The notes: generated by a model from the letters alone, not told the origin. DNA of 61,892 nucleotides, filler included, from Nemertoderma westbladi (GCA_032718475.1; 3 parts of 3 records of this genome joined end to end with filler, not necessarily neighbours in it); one strand, 5' to 3'; positions 13,411 through 26,697 are shown, counted from the first letter of the whole stretch. Made by a program: numbers and translations.

Positions 13411-13550
13411 TGCGGAGATCTAGCAAATGTCGTGGGTGATAGGGAGTTGTGGCGGCGAAATTTTGTCGACAAGCCGACACAGTATTATTAATTTATATGT
13501 TATATATATAATGCAGCTGCAATGCAGCATGCCGATAGTAGTAGTAGTAG
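13411..13550 (+). mobile_element. Short 3' remnant of RTE-like family B
   Basis: gatctagcaaatgtc...gtcgacaagccg...atgcagctgcaatgcagcatgccga(tag)n matches the family B 3' end. Confidence 0.8.
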
Positions 13551-16162
13551 GGATATACATACATTAATGTCACAACTGTGACGCCTATTGTGAGCTAAAC
13601 GTTTAACCCAATTAGTACCGGGTTATAAAATGTTGTACAAATACTCTGAATTTTTGTTATTTTGCAGCACCAATATTACAAGTAATGGAACAATTTTCGG
13701 TTAATTGTTTTTCAATACAGGTTTTCTGGGGCGCAAAATCCATTTTAAAATATTTAAAATGATCTAATTACTATAAATGGGTACCGTATTTTAATCCTCT
13801 ACATAACCAAAAAATGAAAAAATACAAGTACCCAGCACTTTTCAGTTTGAACACAAATTTTTTAATTCACTTATTATATGATGCTATAAATTCAGGTTTT
13901 CTGAGGCGCTGATTATAATGGAATACATTTATAATTTGCCACATCATTGCTACTCGTATTTTTCGGCGTAATATGGCAAATTTTGGTGATAGCACCAAAT
14001 TTCGTATCCATCGTCAAATAGTACAAGTTTGAGATGTCCAGTGCTGTAAAATGTAAATAAAAATGTAAAATACATGTACTGAAAAATATAAGTTTGAAAA
14101 CTCTTATGCAATTTTTACTTATTCCATTGAATTCACAACCCTCACAAACCCGTATAACGCAACAAACAAGGTGACACAATCAATTGAAATATTTGATGGT
14201 TTTCAAAATTTGGTGCTAGCACCAAATTTTGCACCCACTTTCGAAACATATGCGTTTGAGATGTCTAGTTAGATAATTATTTATTCCAATGAATTCAGAA
14301 CTGCCATACACCGCTAAAACGAGAGAAATATGTCACAAGCAATTGAACTATTGAATGTATTTTCCAAATTTCTTGTTGGCACCAAATTTTGCACACAGCA
14401 TCGAAAAATACAAGTTTGAAACGCCTGGTGCATCTCGTATATATTCCATAGTAACCAGAAACCCAAAAAACCTCTATTGCGCAAAAAACAGGTTCAAACA
14501 AACAATTTACAAAATTGAGATATTTCAAATTTTGGTGTTGGCACCAAAATTTGGCAACCGCCGAAAAAAAAACAAGTTTGAAATTAATAAATTTATTTAT
14601 ATAATTCCATCTAATTGCAAACACCAAAAAACCGGTGTAAATCTAAAATAGAGATGTTACAAATCCTATTTCATTAAATGTAATTTTCAAAAAACGTTTC
14701 AAAAAAGTGCCAAAAGTAGGGTTGAAAATGGTGCTATAACTCAAAAACTTCCAAATATTTTTGAAAACCGTTTTCACGACTAGGAAGACAATAGATTTTT
14801 ACCGAGTAATTGCGGAAGGGGAAGGGTCTTTCACTGCGTGGATATAAATAATAAAAAAAGGGCTTTGTTATTCACCGTATGGCCATTTCACCCTCGCGGG
14901 CTTCTTCAGCGGTTTATTGATATATAAAATAATAGTAAAAACTAATTTAATTAAAATGTACAACAATTTACAGGGTTAGGGTACTTACCAAGCAACATAA
15001 CAGACATACAGTATTGAATTGTATTTAAGTAGGACATAGAATATATTAAATTACAGACGGAGAGTCATATATTATATTACAGAAAAATTAAATGTAGTGC
15101 AGTGAGGTGCTGGTGCTGTGGTCTACTGCATTACTGCTGTAGGTTAGCAGAATATCTCTTTGTGCTAGTACCGTATACAGTGGTCACGGTATGGTGGTGC
15201 AACATGCAGATAGGTTTGCTCAACCCTTTATGGGGGTTGGCAAACAGTAAAGGAAATCAAAACATTAAAAGAGTTGACGAAGCAACATCGAAAGAAAGAT
15301 CGTCTTCTCTGGGTGAAGTCTCAATTGCATAGTAGTTGTAATATTTTGCACCAAATAGTTTACTGATAAAAATATATGGTTAAACTTATATTAAAATAGG
15401 GAAAGTTATCTAATGGACGTCTAGGCACATTTATACAGTAGATATACTCTACTTTGAGCGAAGGCTAGATTACATAATGAATGTGTTAATTTGCACCAAA
15501 TTCAGTAGTTTGCGATAAAAGATATATTGTTAAGGTTATATTAAAGGTGGATATAATGTATGACAAGTGAATACTGTGGAATTGCGTAATAAAACTAGTA
15601 TTTTTTGCACCAATTAGTTTGCCGTTCAAAGAATGCCTCACGTGTCAATGTTAAACTGCTAAAACTGGCAAACTGTTAAAGTTACTAATAAACTGAAAAT
15701 CTCAGCAGATAAAGAGGTGATCTCTAATTGAGGAGCTCATGTTATATACAGTTATGTCAAGTACAAAAACAAGAAATATTTCGTAATCTCCTTGAATTAC
15801 TTTTAAACAAACAACCACCTAGATAAATTGTCTCAAATGCGTTCACCTTTGACCACTTCTAGAGCGAGACTAAGTGTTACTGTCTAAAAAATAATTATCT
15901 CAGCATTTTTATTTCCATTAGCATTATCATCATCTCTTCCTACAGTATTATTATTGTGGTAGGTTCAATTTCTCGACGCCAGGAGTCCCAATAGATTTGT
16001 AATGTCACGTTGAAATGTTGTAACGGATAACATGGTGTACTATCCGTCCCGCGTTGAAATGTAATCTATCATATATTCGATATCAGACCAAAAAAAAACG
16101 ATATACGTAAGAATAGGATATAAATTTAGAGTTTCGTCAATGAAATCCGATGACGCAATCCC

Positions 16163-17831
16163 TTAGTTAGCATTGAGTTAGCTCTTTGTTAGCATTGAGT
16201 TAGCTCTTAGTTAGCATTAAGTTAGCTCTGATAGTTAGCTCTTAGTTAGCTTTCAGTTAGCTCTTAGGTAGCATTGAGTTAGTCTTAGTTAGCATTGAAA
16301 TAGTTCTGATAGTTAGCTCTTAGTTAGCATTGAGTTAGCTCTTAGTTAGTTAGCTCTGATAGTTAGCTCTTAGTTAGTTAGCTCTGATATTTAGCTCTTA
16401 GTTAGCATTGCGTTAGCTCTGATAGTTAGCTCTTAGTTATCTTTCAGTTAGCTCTTAGTTCGCATTGAGTTAGCTCTTAGTTAGCAATGAGTTAGTTCTG
16501 ATAGTTAGCTCTTAGTTAGCATTGAGTTAGCTATTAGTTAGCATTGAGTTAGCTCTTCGTTTGTTAGCTCTGATAGAATAAAGTGCTCATTTGTAGGGAA
16601 CTTTTGGATTGCCGGCTGAGCACTTTAGAAGTGCCGGGGTTTTCTGTAGAAGAATTAGATTATATGTTATCGTATATTGTACAAGGTGATCATTTCTACT
16701 TAGTTACTATAGTTACCAATACCCATTTTTCTATTTTTCAATTTGCGGTTTAGCTATACAATCTATATTTCTATTTATATTATATATTTAGTATATTTGT
16801 GCTTGCTGTACTCTAGGTATCACATTTGTGTATATCTCTATGTACGATATTAAATTAAATTAAAAAAGATAGCTCTGATAGTTAGCTGTGATAGTTAGCT
16901 CTTAGTTTGCATTGAGTGAGCTCTGATAGTTAGCTCTTATTTAGCATTGAGTTAGCTCTTAGTTAGCATTGAGTTAGCTATTAGTTAGCATGGAGTTAGC
17001 TCTTTGTTAGTTAGCTCTGATAGATACAGTAGCTCTGATAGTTAGCTCTGATAATTAGCTGTGATAATTAGCTCTTAGTTAGCATTGAGTGAGCTCTGAT
17101 AGTTAGCTCTTAGTTAGCATTGAGTTAGCTCTTAGTTAACATTGAGTTAGCTCTGATAGTTAGCATTGAATTAGCTCTGATAGTTAGCTCTTAGTTAGCT
17201 TTCAGTTAGCTCTTAGTTATCATTGAGTTAGCTCTTAGTTAGCAATCAGTTAGCTCTTAGTTAGCATTGAGTTAGCTCTAGTTAGCAATGAGTTAGTTCT
17301 GATAGTTAGCTCTTAGTTAGCATTGAGTTAGCTATTAGTTATATTAGTTAGCAAGGAGTTAGTTTTTGTTAGTTAGCTCTGATAGATAGCTCTGATAGTT
17401 AGCTCTGATAGTTAGCTGTAATAGTTAGCTCTTAGTTAGCATTGAGTGAGCTCTGATAGTTAGCTTAGTTAGCATTGAGTTAGCTATTAGTTAGCATTGA
17501 GTTAGCTATTAGTTAGCATTGAGTTAGCTCTTCGTTAGTTAGCATTGATAGATAGCTCTGATAGTTAGCTCTTATTTAGCATTGAGTTAGCTCTTAGTTA
17601 GCATTGAGTTAGCTATTAGTTAGCATGGAGTTAGCTCTTTGTTAGTTAGTTCTGATAGATAGCTCTGATAGTTAGCTCTGATAATTAGCTGTGATAGTTA
17701 GCTCTTAGTTAGCATTGAGTGAGCTCTGAAAGTTAGCTCTTAGTTAGCATTGAGTTAGCTCTTAGTTAACATTGAGTTAGCTCTGATAGTTAACATTGAG
17801 TTAGCTCTGATAGTTAGCATTGAGTTAGCTC
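16163..17831. repeat. Satellite of 11-13 bp units (GTTAGCATTGA / GTTAGCTCTTA / GTTAGCTCTGATA), interrupted at ~16576-16868
   Basis: Directly visible tandem units with higher-order blocks. Confidence 0.95.
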
Positions 17832-18744
17832 ATAATTACCGTTGACCCGCTATATCCCGTCCACGAATCCAAGTAGGCCTACTCGCATTAGGGCAACGAT
17901 TTTGAACATTTCTTCGGCGAAGATCGCGAAATTTCGCAAACGTCGCGATTTTTACTAAGATTGTCCTCCTACAGTATAGTATTCGTAAACACAAAATTTT
18001 GCGAAGAACGCAATGTTTGCGAAGTTAAGTTTTGTGTTTACACAAAAGGGTGGAGCTTCGCAAACGTCGCGATCTTCACGAATGTTCTAGAAGATTTTTA
18101 AAAAGCAAGAAAATCTATAATTTAAAATATATTAAATTTTAAAAGTAAATAAACAGAACAATATATATTATTAATTCTAGAGAAAAAAATAAATAAAAAA
18201 AGCTAACATATTCTATAGTATATATTAGTATGACAGTAAGTATTGTTCACATAATTCCAGAATGTTCTATATATATACAGTATATACATGTTCAATGTTC
18301 ATAGTAAAGATGGTATAAAATAATATTAATATTTAATTTAAATTAAAAAAAAATTAATTTAATTTTAATATTTAATAATAATATTTATAAGTCCATGTAT
18401 GAATTCGTTAGGTTTTGGTTTAAGTTTGGTTAGGGTTATGGTTTTGGGTTGAATTTATATGTCACTAGCAGGCAATACCCGAGACATGTTACCCGGTATT
18501 TCCCGCTACCGGCATAGGCCTACTGGCATACTGGTACCGGTATAGATAGGCCTACTGACGTACCGGTACCCAGTACCGGTACCGAACGTGAATTAAACTT
18601 TTCGAAAAGTGGCCTATAACGACCGCTGGTTAATGTTATACACACATGCCAAGTTCCAGCGCAATCCCTCTGCCCGTTTTGGAGGAGTTCGAACACACAG
18701 AGAGAGAGAGAGATAGAGAGAGAGAATTTGATTTTTATAGGTAT

Positions 18745-19530
18745 AGATTATGGTTTGGGTTAGTGTTAGGGTTAGGGATATAGTTCGGCTCAAAAGATGG
18801 TATGCTTGAGCATGTGGATGACTTCTGTTACCTGGGATCATGGATCCGGAAGTCAGGTGAGGACCTTCGAATACGTAAGGCAAAGGCATGGGCAGCCTTG
18901 AATAGGCTTTCCAGGATTTGGAAGTCACCGAGAATTAATCGGAAACTTAAGGTCCGATTATTTAGAGCAGCAGTAGTTCCAGTACTCCTCTATGGGAGTC
19001 CATGCTGGGCTCTAACTGCTGAGGACACCAAATCTCTAGATAGCACATTCACAAGAATGCTACGCCGGGTTCATTGTGTCAAGTACAATGCACACATCTC
19101 CAACCAGACACTATATAACATTGGAGGTGTCTCATTGGTTCCCCCAAGCTTGACACTAGAACAAAATTGCCTCCGCTTTGCAGGACATTGCTTTCGCCGT
19201 GAGGATCAGCCAGTGCATAATCTTGTACTTTGGCAGCCTCATGGAGTGAATAAGCATGGTGGACAGCCCATGACTTTCTTGAGATGCATCTTAAAGGACA
19301 CTGGCCTTAAAGATGCGGATGATCTAGCAAATGTCATGGGTGATAGGGAGTTGTGGTGGTGCAATTTTGTCGATAAGCCGGCACAGCATTCTTAAAAATG
19401 CAGCTGCAATGCAGCATGCCGATCCTAGTAGTAGTCGGGTTAGGGTTATGGTTGGGTTTATGGTTTGGGATAATGTTAGGGATAGGGATATAGTTAGGGT
19501 TGGGGTTAGGATTACTGTTAGGGTTAAAAC
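18745..19530 (+). repeat. Degenerate (GGGTTA)n telomere-like tract split by a LINE insertion
   Basis: gggttagtgttagggttagggata precedes 18788. gggttagggttatggttggg...gttagggtt follows 19435. Confidence 0.6.
18788..19435 (+). mobile_element. RTE-like LINE family B 3' fragment, copy 2
   Basis: Near-identical to copies 1 and 3, with a (TAG)n tail. Confidence 0.9.
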
Positions 19531-19889
19531 CTAACTGGAAATTAACTCCAACAACGGAGTGAATACTAGAGCTCTCGCTACACGCACCTCAAAATATAAT
19601 ATTTCCTCGCATGAAACCTGTTGCTTTAGAAACCAATATTGGGCTACCGGTGATGATGGTAGTGTATTATTAGAAAGGTATTGTACGTAATCAAGATACA
19701 TTTAGTGATTGAGTGACGTTAGAAGAGCCACTTGTCTTTCTCAGTCAAAAGTGGATAATTATATTTTGTAGAATAAAATTGGATTAAAATAAAATGAGGA
19801 GCTTATTAAATTTCCCAAGGTACCTTTTTGGGGCACCTTGTGTCCAGGTCCATTACAACAGATTCCTGAGATTGCAATAATCGGAAACT

Positions 19890-22800
19890 TATTGGCGGCG
19901 TGCAAAGAGGCAATTGGTGGGGGTGCAAGGAGCCCATTTGTGAGGTGCAGGGAGGCCATTGGTTGGGTGCAAAGAAGCCATTGGCGGGGTGCAGGGAGGC
20001 CATTGGTGAGGTGCAAAGAAGCCATTGGCGGGGTGCATGGAGGCCATGGCGTGATGCAAGAAGGCCATTGGCAAGGTGGATGCAGAGAGGCCATTGGTGG
20101 GGTGCAAGGAGCCCATTGGTGAGGTGCAGGGAGGCCATTGGTGGGGTGCAAAGAAGCCATTGGCGGGGTGCAGGGAGGCCATTGGTGAGGTGCAAAGAAG
20201 CCATTAGCGGGGTGCATGGAGGCCATGGCGTGATGCAAGAAGGCCATTAGCAAGATGGGTGCAAGGAGGCCAGTGGCGGAGTGCAGGGAGGCCATGGCGT
20301 GATGCTAGGTGGCCATAAGCAAGGTGGGTGTAAGGAGGCCATTGGCGGGGTGCAGGGAGGCCATTAGCAAGGTGGGTGTAAGGAGGCCATAGGCAGGCAA
20401 GGTGGGTGCAGGGAGGCCCTTGGCGGGTTGCAAGGAGCCCATTGGTGGGGTGCAGGGAGGCCATTGGTGGGGTGCAAAGAGGCCATTGGCGGGGTGCAAC
20501 GAGGCGATTGGTGGGGTTCAGGGAGGAGGGCATTGGTGGGGTGCCGGACGGCCATTGGTGGGGTGCAGGGAGGCCATGACGGGGTGCAATGAGGCCATTG
20601 GCGGGGTGCATGGAGGCCATGACGGCGTGCCATGCGGCCATTGGCGGGGTGCTGGGAGGCTATGACGGGGTGCAATGAGGCCATTGGCGGGGTGCAGGGA
20701 TGCCATGACGGGGTGCAATGAGGCCTTTGGCGGGTGCATGGAGGCCATGACGGGGTGCAGGGAATCCATGGCGGGGTGCAAGAAGGCCAATTGCAAGGTG
20801 GAAGGAGACCATTGGTTGGGTGCAGGGAGGCCATTAGGAAGATGCAGGGAGGCCATTGGCGGGCTGCAGGGAGGCCATTTGTGAGGTGCAGGGATGCCAT
20901 TGGCAGGGTGCTGGGAGGCCATTGGTGGGGTGCAGGGAAGCCATTGGCGGGGTGTAGGGAGGCCATTGGCGGGGTGTAGGGAGGCCATTGGTGGGGAGCA
21001 GCGAGGCCATTTGTGAGGTGCAGGGAGGCCATGGCGTGATGCAAAGAGGCCATTGGCGAGGTGCAAGGAGACCATAGGCAAGGTGGGTGCAGCGAGGCCA
21101 TAGGCAAGGTGGGTGCAGCGAGGCCATAGGCAAGGTGGGTGCAGAGAGGCCATAGGCGAGGTGGGTGCAAGGAGCCCATTTGCGGGGTTTAGGGAGGCCA
21201 TTGGTGGGGTGCAGAGAGGCCATTGGTGGGGTGCAACCCACCAATGGCCACTTTCCACCCCACCAATGACCTCCCTGCACCCCACCAATGGCCTCCCTAA
21301 ACCCCGCCAATGGCCTCCCTGCCACTCACCACTGGACTCCTTGCACCCTGCCAATGGGCTCCTTGCACCCACCTTGCCTATGGCCTCCTTGATTATGGCC
21401 TTCTTGCATCACGCCATGGCCTCCCTGCACCTCACCAATGGGCTCCTTGCACCCTGCCAATGGGCTCCTTGCACCCACATTGCTTATGACCTTCTTGCAT
21501 CACGCCATGGCCCCCCTGCACCTCACCAATGGGCTCCTTGCACCCGGCCAATGGGCTCCTTTCACCCTGTCAATGGGCTTCTTGCACCCTTCCAATGGGC
21601 TCCTTGCACCTCACCAAAGGACGCCTTGCACCCTACCAATAGCTTCACTGCACTCACCCCACCAATGGCCTCCTCCTTGAACACCACCAATCGCCTCTTT
21701 GCACCCCACCAATGACCTCCCTGCACACCGCCAATGGCCTCCCTGCACCCACCTTGCCGCCACCTTGCACCCACCTTGCCAATGGCCTCATTGCACCTCG
21801 CCAATGGCCTCTTTGCTCCCCACCAATGGCCTCTTTGCACCCCGCCAATGGCCTCTTTGCACTCCAAAAAATGGCCTCTCTGCACCCCACCAATGGCCTC
21901 CCTGCACCTCACCAATGTTTACATTCTTTATGAAGGTATTATTAATCGCTCACACTCACGGAACTGACAATAGTACTGAAATACGCTAATTTGCCGACTG
22001 TCACCAATTTTACTCACATATAAGGATAAATTTAGCTCACGTACGTTGGGGGTTATGAAATAGCATAAATTCAAACAGACCACTGTAATTTGAGCCAAAC
22101 AATTGTTACTAATGTTCCCTGCTGCTTACCTCAATAATCAAGAAAGTCAGGGGGGGAATTATAGATTATTCATAAGTATTCTCCAAATATAAGCATCAAT
22201 TAAATAGGTTACAAACCATAGTAATGAATAACAGTATAAAAACAGTATAATGTATGCGGTGCCGGCAGTTTAATCAGCAGTCAGACGTTTGAAGTTTGAG
22301 AGTAAAATAGTGAGTGCTGAGAGTGTCCAGAGTGTGGATTGTTAATAGAATTGCTTTCTATGATTCTCTCTGGCCGCTGTTGGTTTTGGGCAAAGTCAGA
22401 AAGTCAGAATGAAGGATTTTGTCACATTGCGACATTTTTTATATTTATTAATAACGCCTGGTGTGGCACAATGTACAGTACAAAATTCCAAGTAAAATAA
22501 ATAGTAGTATAATATATGATTCATATAGTTAAGAAAAAAATGTAGAATTTTAAAATTGGATTGTTAATTCATTGTAAAAAACTGGTCGGGGGGGGGGGGG
22601 GGGCTATTCGGCAGAGTTCGCCCATTTGGAGAGGGAGGCGGTATTCTGTGGGCAGTCTAGCAGGTGGTACGTTTACATATTGCGACATTTACATATGTAA
22701 ACAAAGGCCGGTATACTGAAAATCGCGCTGATTGGACGAAAAATAACATAGGCCCTACGGATAAAGAAATAGCTGGCTAATTTCGTCATTATAGCTCTGT

Positions 22801-23142
22801 ACAAAACAGACGCTAGAGGGCATAAGTCTATACATTCTCCAATCCTTTTAAATAATGCTGGCCTTTTAGAGTAGTTCGCGAATTGCACAAAAACGACACA
22901 TTTTTTCCGCAAAAGCTTTAACACACCCTGCCAATGGGCTCCTAGCTCCTTGCACCCTGCCAATGGGCTCCTTGCACCCAACTTGCCTATGGCCTCCCTG
23001 CACCCAACTTGCTTATGGCATCCTTGCATCACGCCATGGCCTCCCTGCACCTCACCAATGGGATCCTTGCACCCTGCCAATGGGCTCCTTGCACCGACCT
23101 TGCCTATTGGTAGGGTGGGTGCAGGATGCCATTATTGGTGGG
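19890..23142. repeat. GC-rich ~21-bp satellite (GGAGGCCATTGGYGGGGTGCA) with orientation switches at ~21233 and ~23105, interrupted at 21916-22923
   Basis: Tandem units read G-rich at 19890-21233, then as the reverse complement at 21234-21915 and 22924-23105. Confidence 0.93.
21916..22923 (-). mobile_element. Diverged solo-LTR-like relic related to the LTR of BEL element 1
   Basis: Collinear shared motifs: cattcttta, tgccga..tcac.aatttta.tca.atataagga, tatgaaatagcat, tattctccaaatataa, aaagtc.gaaa.tcagaat, tgaaaatcgc.ctgattgg.cga, ccgcaaaagc. Ends in ...AACA. No clear TSD. Confidence 0.7.
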
Positions 23143-24674
23143 GTAAAAAGTGTGTTTACTATAATAATATTGAACAGAAGGTACAGTACAGTATCTCTTC
23201 TAAAACTACTTCTAAAACTCATCATTCGTAATTCAAACTGCAAAATGAATAATAATAACGTTAAGGGGGGGGGGGGGGGGGGGGGGGGGGGTAGCGCTAT
23301 AATGACACAGTCAAAGAAAACCAATAGTAACAGGGCAGTACCTTTTCCAAAATGAATAATTTTGGGGATAAAGAAAAAAACTTTTTGTAATATAGTTATA
23401 ATAATTTAGGCTATTTATTATCATAAAATTATTACTATTACTGAAAACACTACTGTATATCCAACCGTAAGAGTTGTAACACCGTATAACCAACTTTAGT
23501 TATATAACTAGTTATTTGGTATATGTACTGTAATTAGGATATAGTGTTGAATAAAAGTCTTGGTCAACAATGTTTTGATATTGATTATTTCCAATTTGAT
23601 TTCCAAATTAATTCATTATTTTCATTTTTTTTAAATAATTAGCAATTTTCACATTTCGAAGCTAGTAAAATGAGATAGGATAAAAATTTTAAAACTATGA
23701 CTTATACTTCTTAAGACACACAAGCTTGTTATTACTGTGTCCAAATTTCATCAAAAAATATTAAAAATTGGCAATTGGAGAGTAGCATTTTTAATTTCGT
23801 AGGAAGGAAAAAATTCCATTCCGAAATAATTGCCTTTAAAGTTTGAACCTTCCCGCGCAAAAACTGTCTGTTAATATGTGAAAATGCGTCTGTCAATATG
23901 TATTTAGCATCAAGAAAGCAAAAACTTATGTTAAGATTTTTGCCATGGAGGTTTTCCAGGTCGCTGATTACATTCTGAGGTCAGTTTTCACTTATAATGA
24001 AATCTAGCTAGTTTGTACCTCTGTCCGTTGGTCTTTCTGACTATCCGACTATCTGTCTGTCAAAAATAAGAAAAATAAATATAGATTTATAAGTAAATAT
24101 ATGAAAATTATAAGAAAAAGGCACACCATCTAGCTAAAAGTTTAGCTAAAAGTTTATCTATAAGGGTTTTACTGGTCGCAGAATTCATATCGAGTGTCAA
24201 TTTGAACATTAGATGACTTCAAAATTGTCTGTCTGGCTGTCAGACTGTCATTTATATTTTGACATACAGACTGACAGACAGAACCAGCAAGGACAAATGT
24301 TACTAATGATGTCAGAAAAGAAGTCACCGACCACGAAAACCCATACAGGGAATTTTTTAGACAGGTACTGTAGTTTGATTTTTATTGACGGACAGATATA
24401 CTGACGGACAAACCGACAATAAAACGGACAGACAGCCATATCTCGAGAAGTAAGACAGATTTTGCTAAACGGTTTTCTAATTTTGAATCTTAATTAAAAT
24501 CTGTTCTAGATGAAATAGAAAAAAAATTTTGCACAAAATTATTGAAGTAGCGCTAATTTACTAATTAATATAAAACGTAACAGTTTCACGAAATCCAAAT
24601 CATAATTTCAACTCGAATAGCAAGATTGTTGTAAGTAAAATGTTACCAAAAAGGTCCTTTCCAATCTTACTCAC

Positions 24675-24800
24675 CGTAATTTCCATTCAAGTTTACGGTG
24701 GCGCAGTTCTTGTACCACCACCCACCTTGCCATTGTACAGGCGCAGTTTATATTGCTATGGATGGCATTATCGCGGTCATCATGGTGTTGAATGGAAGCA
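24675..24800 (-). pseudogene. Degenerate fibrinogen C-terminal (FReD) domain exon fragment
   Basis: Reverse strand reads DRDNAIHSNINCA, then after a frameshift VQWQGGWWYKNCATVNLNGNY, followed by G|GTGAGT. This matches the FReD DxDN..NCA..GGWWY..C...NLNG.Y motif. Confidence 0.8.
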
Positions 24801-25346
24801 TTATTCTACGGTCTAACCGAAGCCTTGGTTTTGAATAGCCTTCTATGTTTTCTTTGTGATGTTATACTACAGTAATTTATATCTGGATATAAATGTATAA
24901 TACAGTACTGTAGCTGGTACGGGTAGCGGTTTAATTTCTAAACCAACAGATTAGTCAAAATAATGTGCTCGAAAAACTACTCGTTCCCAATTTGTTAGCG
25001 AAAGACACACTGAAAATTTAAAAAGAAATAAAGGCTAATTTAATTTAATTCAATTCATTTCAAATGTAATACATTATGATGCCGCCTCAATTGTTGGCAT
25101 GATCGTTTATTGTTTTGGTTAGAAAAGTCAGCGTTGATACCCTCAATTGTTAAAGTGATCGTTTATTGTTTCGGTTAGGTTTAGGTGAGACTTATCTACC
25201 CAGAGAGGTCAAACTTGGGCTGCTAATCCCGGAGGGTTATTGAAATCCCGGGATCAGAAATGGTCCAATCCCGGATGAATCACGGGATATATAATTTCAG
25301 GAATAATGCAGGTGAAAAAAATACTATTTTCAATTAATACCTTTGA

Positions 25347-25582
25347 TAATAATAAGTGAATTGTTGTGGGGTGAGTAACGGTGAATTAAATACAATATAA
25401 TGTAATAGGACAATGCTCTCTATAGCGAAAAATATCAACCGACCCTATTGGGGCTCGAACCCGGTACCTAGGTTTAAAACTTCCGGTTATAATCAGCCGG
25501 GTGTGTATACTGAACTACCAAGACGGTACAAGATTTCGCTATGGAGTGGGATATCATTTTGTCCTATTACATTATATATTTA
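25347..25582 (-). mobile_element. Short insert with tRNA-like Pol III A/B boxes, internal inverted repeats and a 15-bp flanking direct repeat (SINE/MITE-like)
   Basis: Minus strand has TAGTTCAGT...GGTTCGAGCC. Inverted arms atataatgtaataggacaa / ttgtcctattacattatat. AATTAATACCTTTGA occurs at 25332-25346 and 25583-25597. Confidence 0.55.
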
Positions 25583-26313
25583 AATTAATACCTTTGAATA
25601 TCCCTCTATTTAATATAATTTATTACTAGTATTATCTATTAACCTTTGTTAACCTAATATTATCCTACTGTATAACATTATACAACATCGCTATGTGTGT
25701 GCTACTCTCTGCTTAATATCTCGCCCGTCCGTCAAAGTCCGTCGTTCTACCTCGCCCCAAGAAGAGGTGGGGCTCCCAACCAACCACAACGGTTGGGTCT
25801 GGTCAACAACAATTAACTGATATTAAATTACAATGATTAGAATATAATAATATTTTTCAATTATTACCAATAAAATTATTGTATTTTAAACACTCCAAGA
25901 AATTTGCAGCCTATTGGTGCCGCTAAAACTGGTAAATATATTAACAAAAATATCTGAAACAAAAAATCGAAACAAAGTTCCATTGCTGCAAATTTGAACA
26001 AAGTTTGTAAAATATTGTAAAAAAGATTATGTGGGTGCATTCTGGAACGTAACAATACATTACATGTATAGTGTTGGTGTTGGTCATCCTTATTTGTCTA
26101 TACCCCCCCCCCCCCCCCCCCCCCCCCCTACACTTGTTTATAAAGTCCATCCCATCAAATCGATGGTGTTTACGATTCACAGTAAAATACGCAAATAATA
26201 CAATAAAACAATAAAATAAAACATAGAAAATTTTATAAATCACACACACACACACAGTCACACACACACACTCAAGGCTCAGCACACTACCTTATCCTTA
26301 ACTAACCTGCCTA

Positions 26314-26597
26314 AAGCCCCGTTCACATCCAACGGTGCGTGACCGGTAAAGTAGTCTGGCGGTATTGAAGCGGTAAGCCAGCGGTACACTACCCGGAGCC
26401 CGTTCACACCCAACGGTACCGTTGCGGTAACTGATTGTCTATCTGTCGACTGTGAATTCAACAGGAAATTACATTAATTGTTTTAACATTGTTTAAATGG
26501 GCTGCGGTAAACCGCGCGGTTTAGCGCACAACTACCTGTTGGGTCGTTCACAGTCAGCGGTGTACCGCTGGCCCTGCGGTACACCGCGCGGTGTACC
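26314..26597. mobile_element. Probable PIF/Harbinger-like MITE end, cut by the spacer
   Basis: taa|agccccgttcaca start, with repeated cgttcaca and accgcgcggt palindromes. Confidence 0.4.
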
Positions 26598-26697
26598 NNN
26601 NNNNNNNNNNNNNNNNNNNNNNNNNNNNNNNNNNNNNNNNNTTAATTAATTAANNNNNNNNNNNNNNNNNNNNNNNNNNNNNNNNNNNNNNNNNNNN
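26598..26697. other. Artificial spacer N44-TTAATTAATTAA-N44
   Basis: Exact 100-nt symmetric structure. The 12-mer places stops in all six frames. Confidence 0.97.

Noticed and set aside
19759-23355. Many overlapping Pro/His/Gly/Trp-rich ORFs
   Set aside because: They are translations of a ~21-bp GC-rich satellite, open in most frames on both strands.
25440-25530. Functional tRNA gene
   Set aside because: Only A/B boxes are recognisable, and I could not build a convincing cloverleaf.
26642-26653. TTAATTAATTAA inside N runs (also 53908-53919) as a biological motif
   Set aside because: It is a six-frame-stop linker centred in an exact 100-nt spacer, hence artificial.
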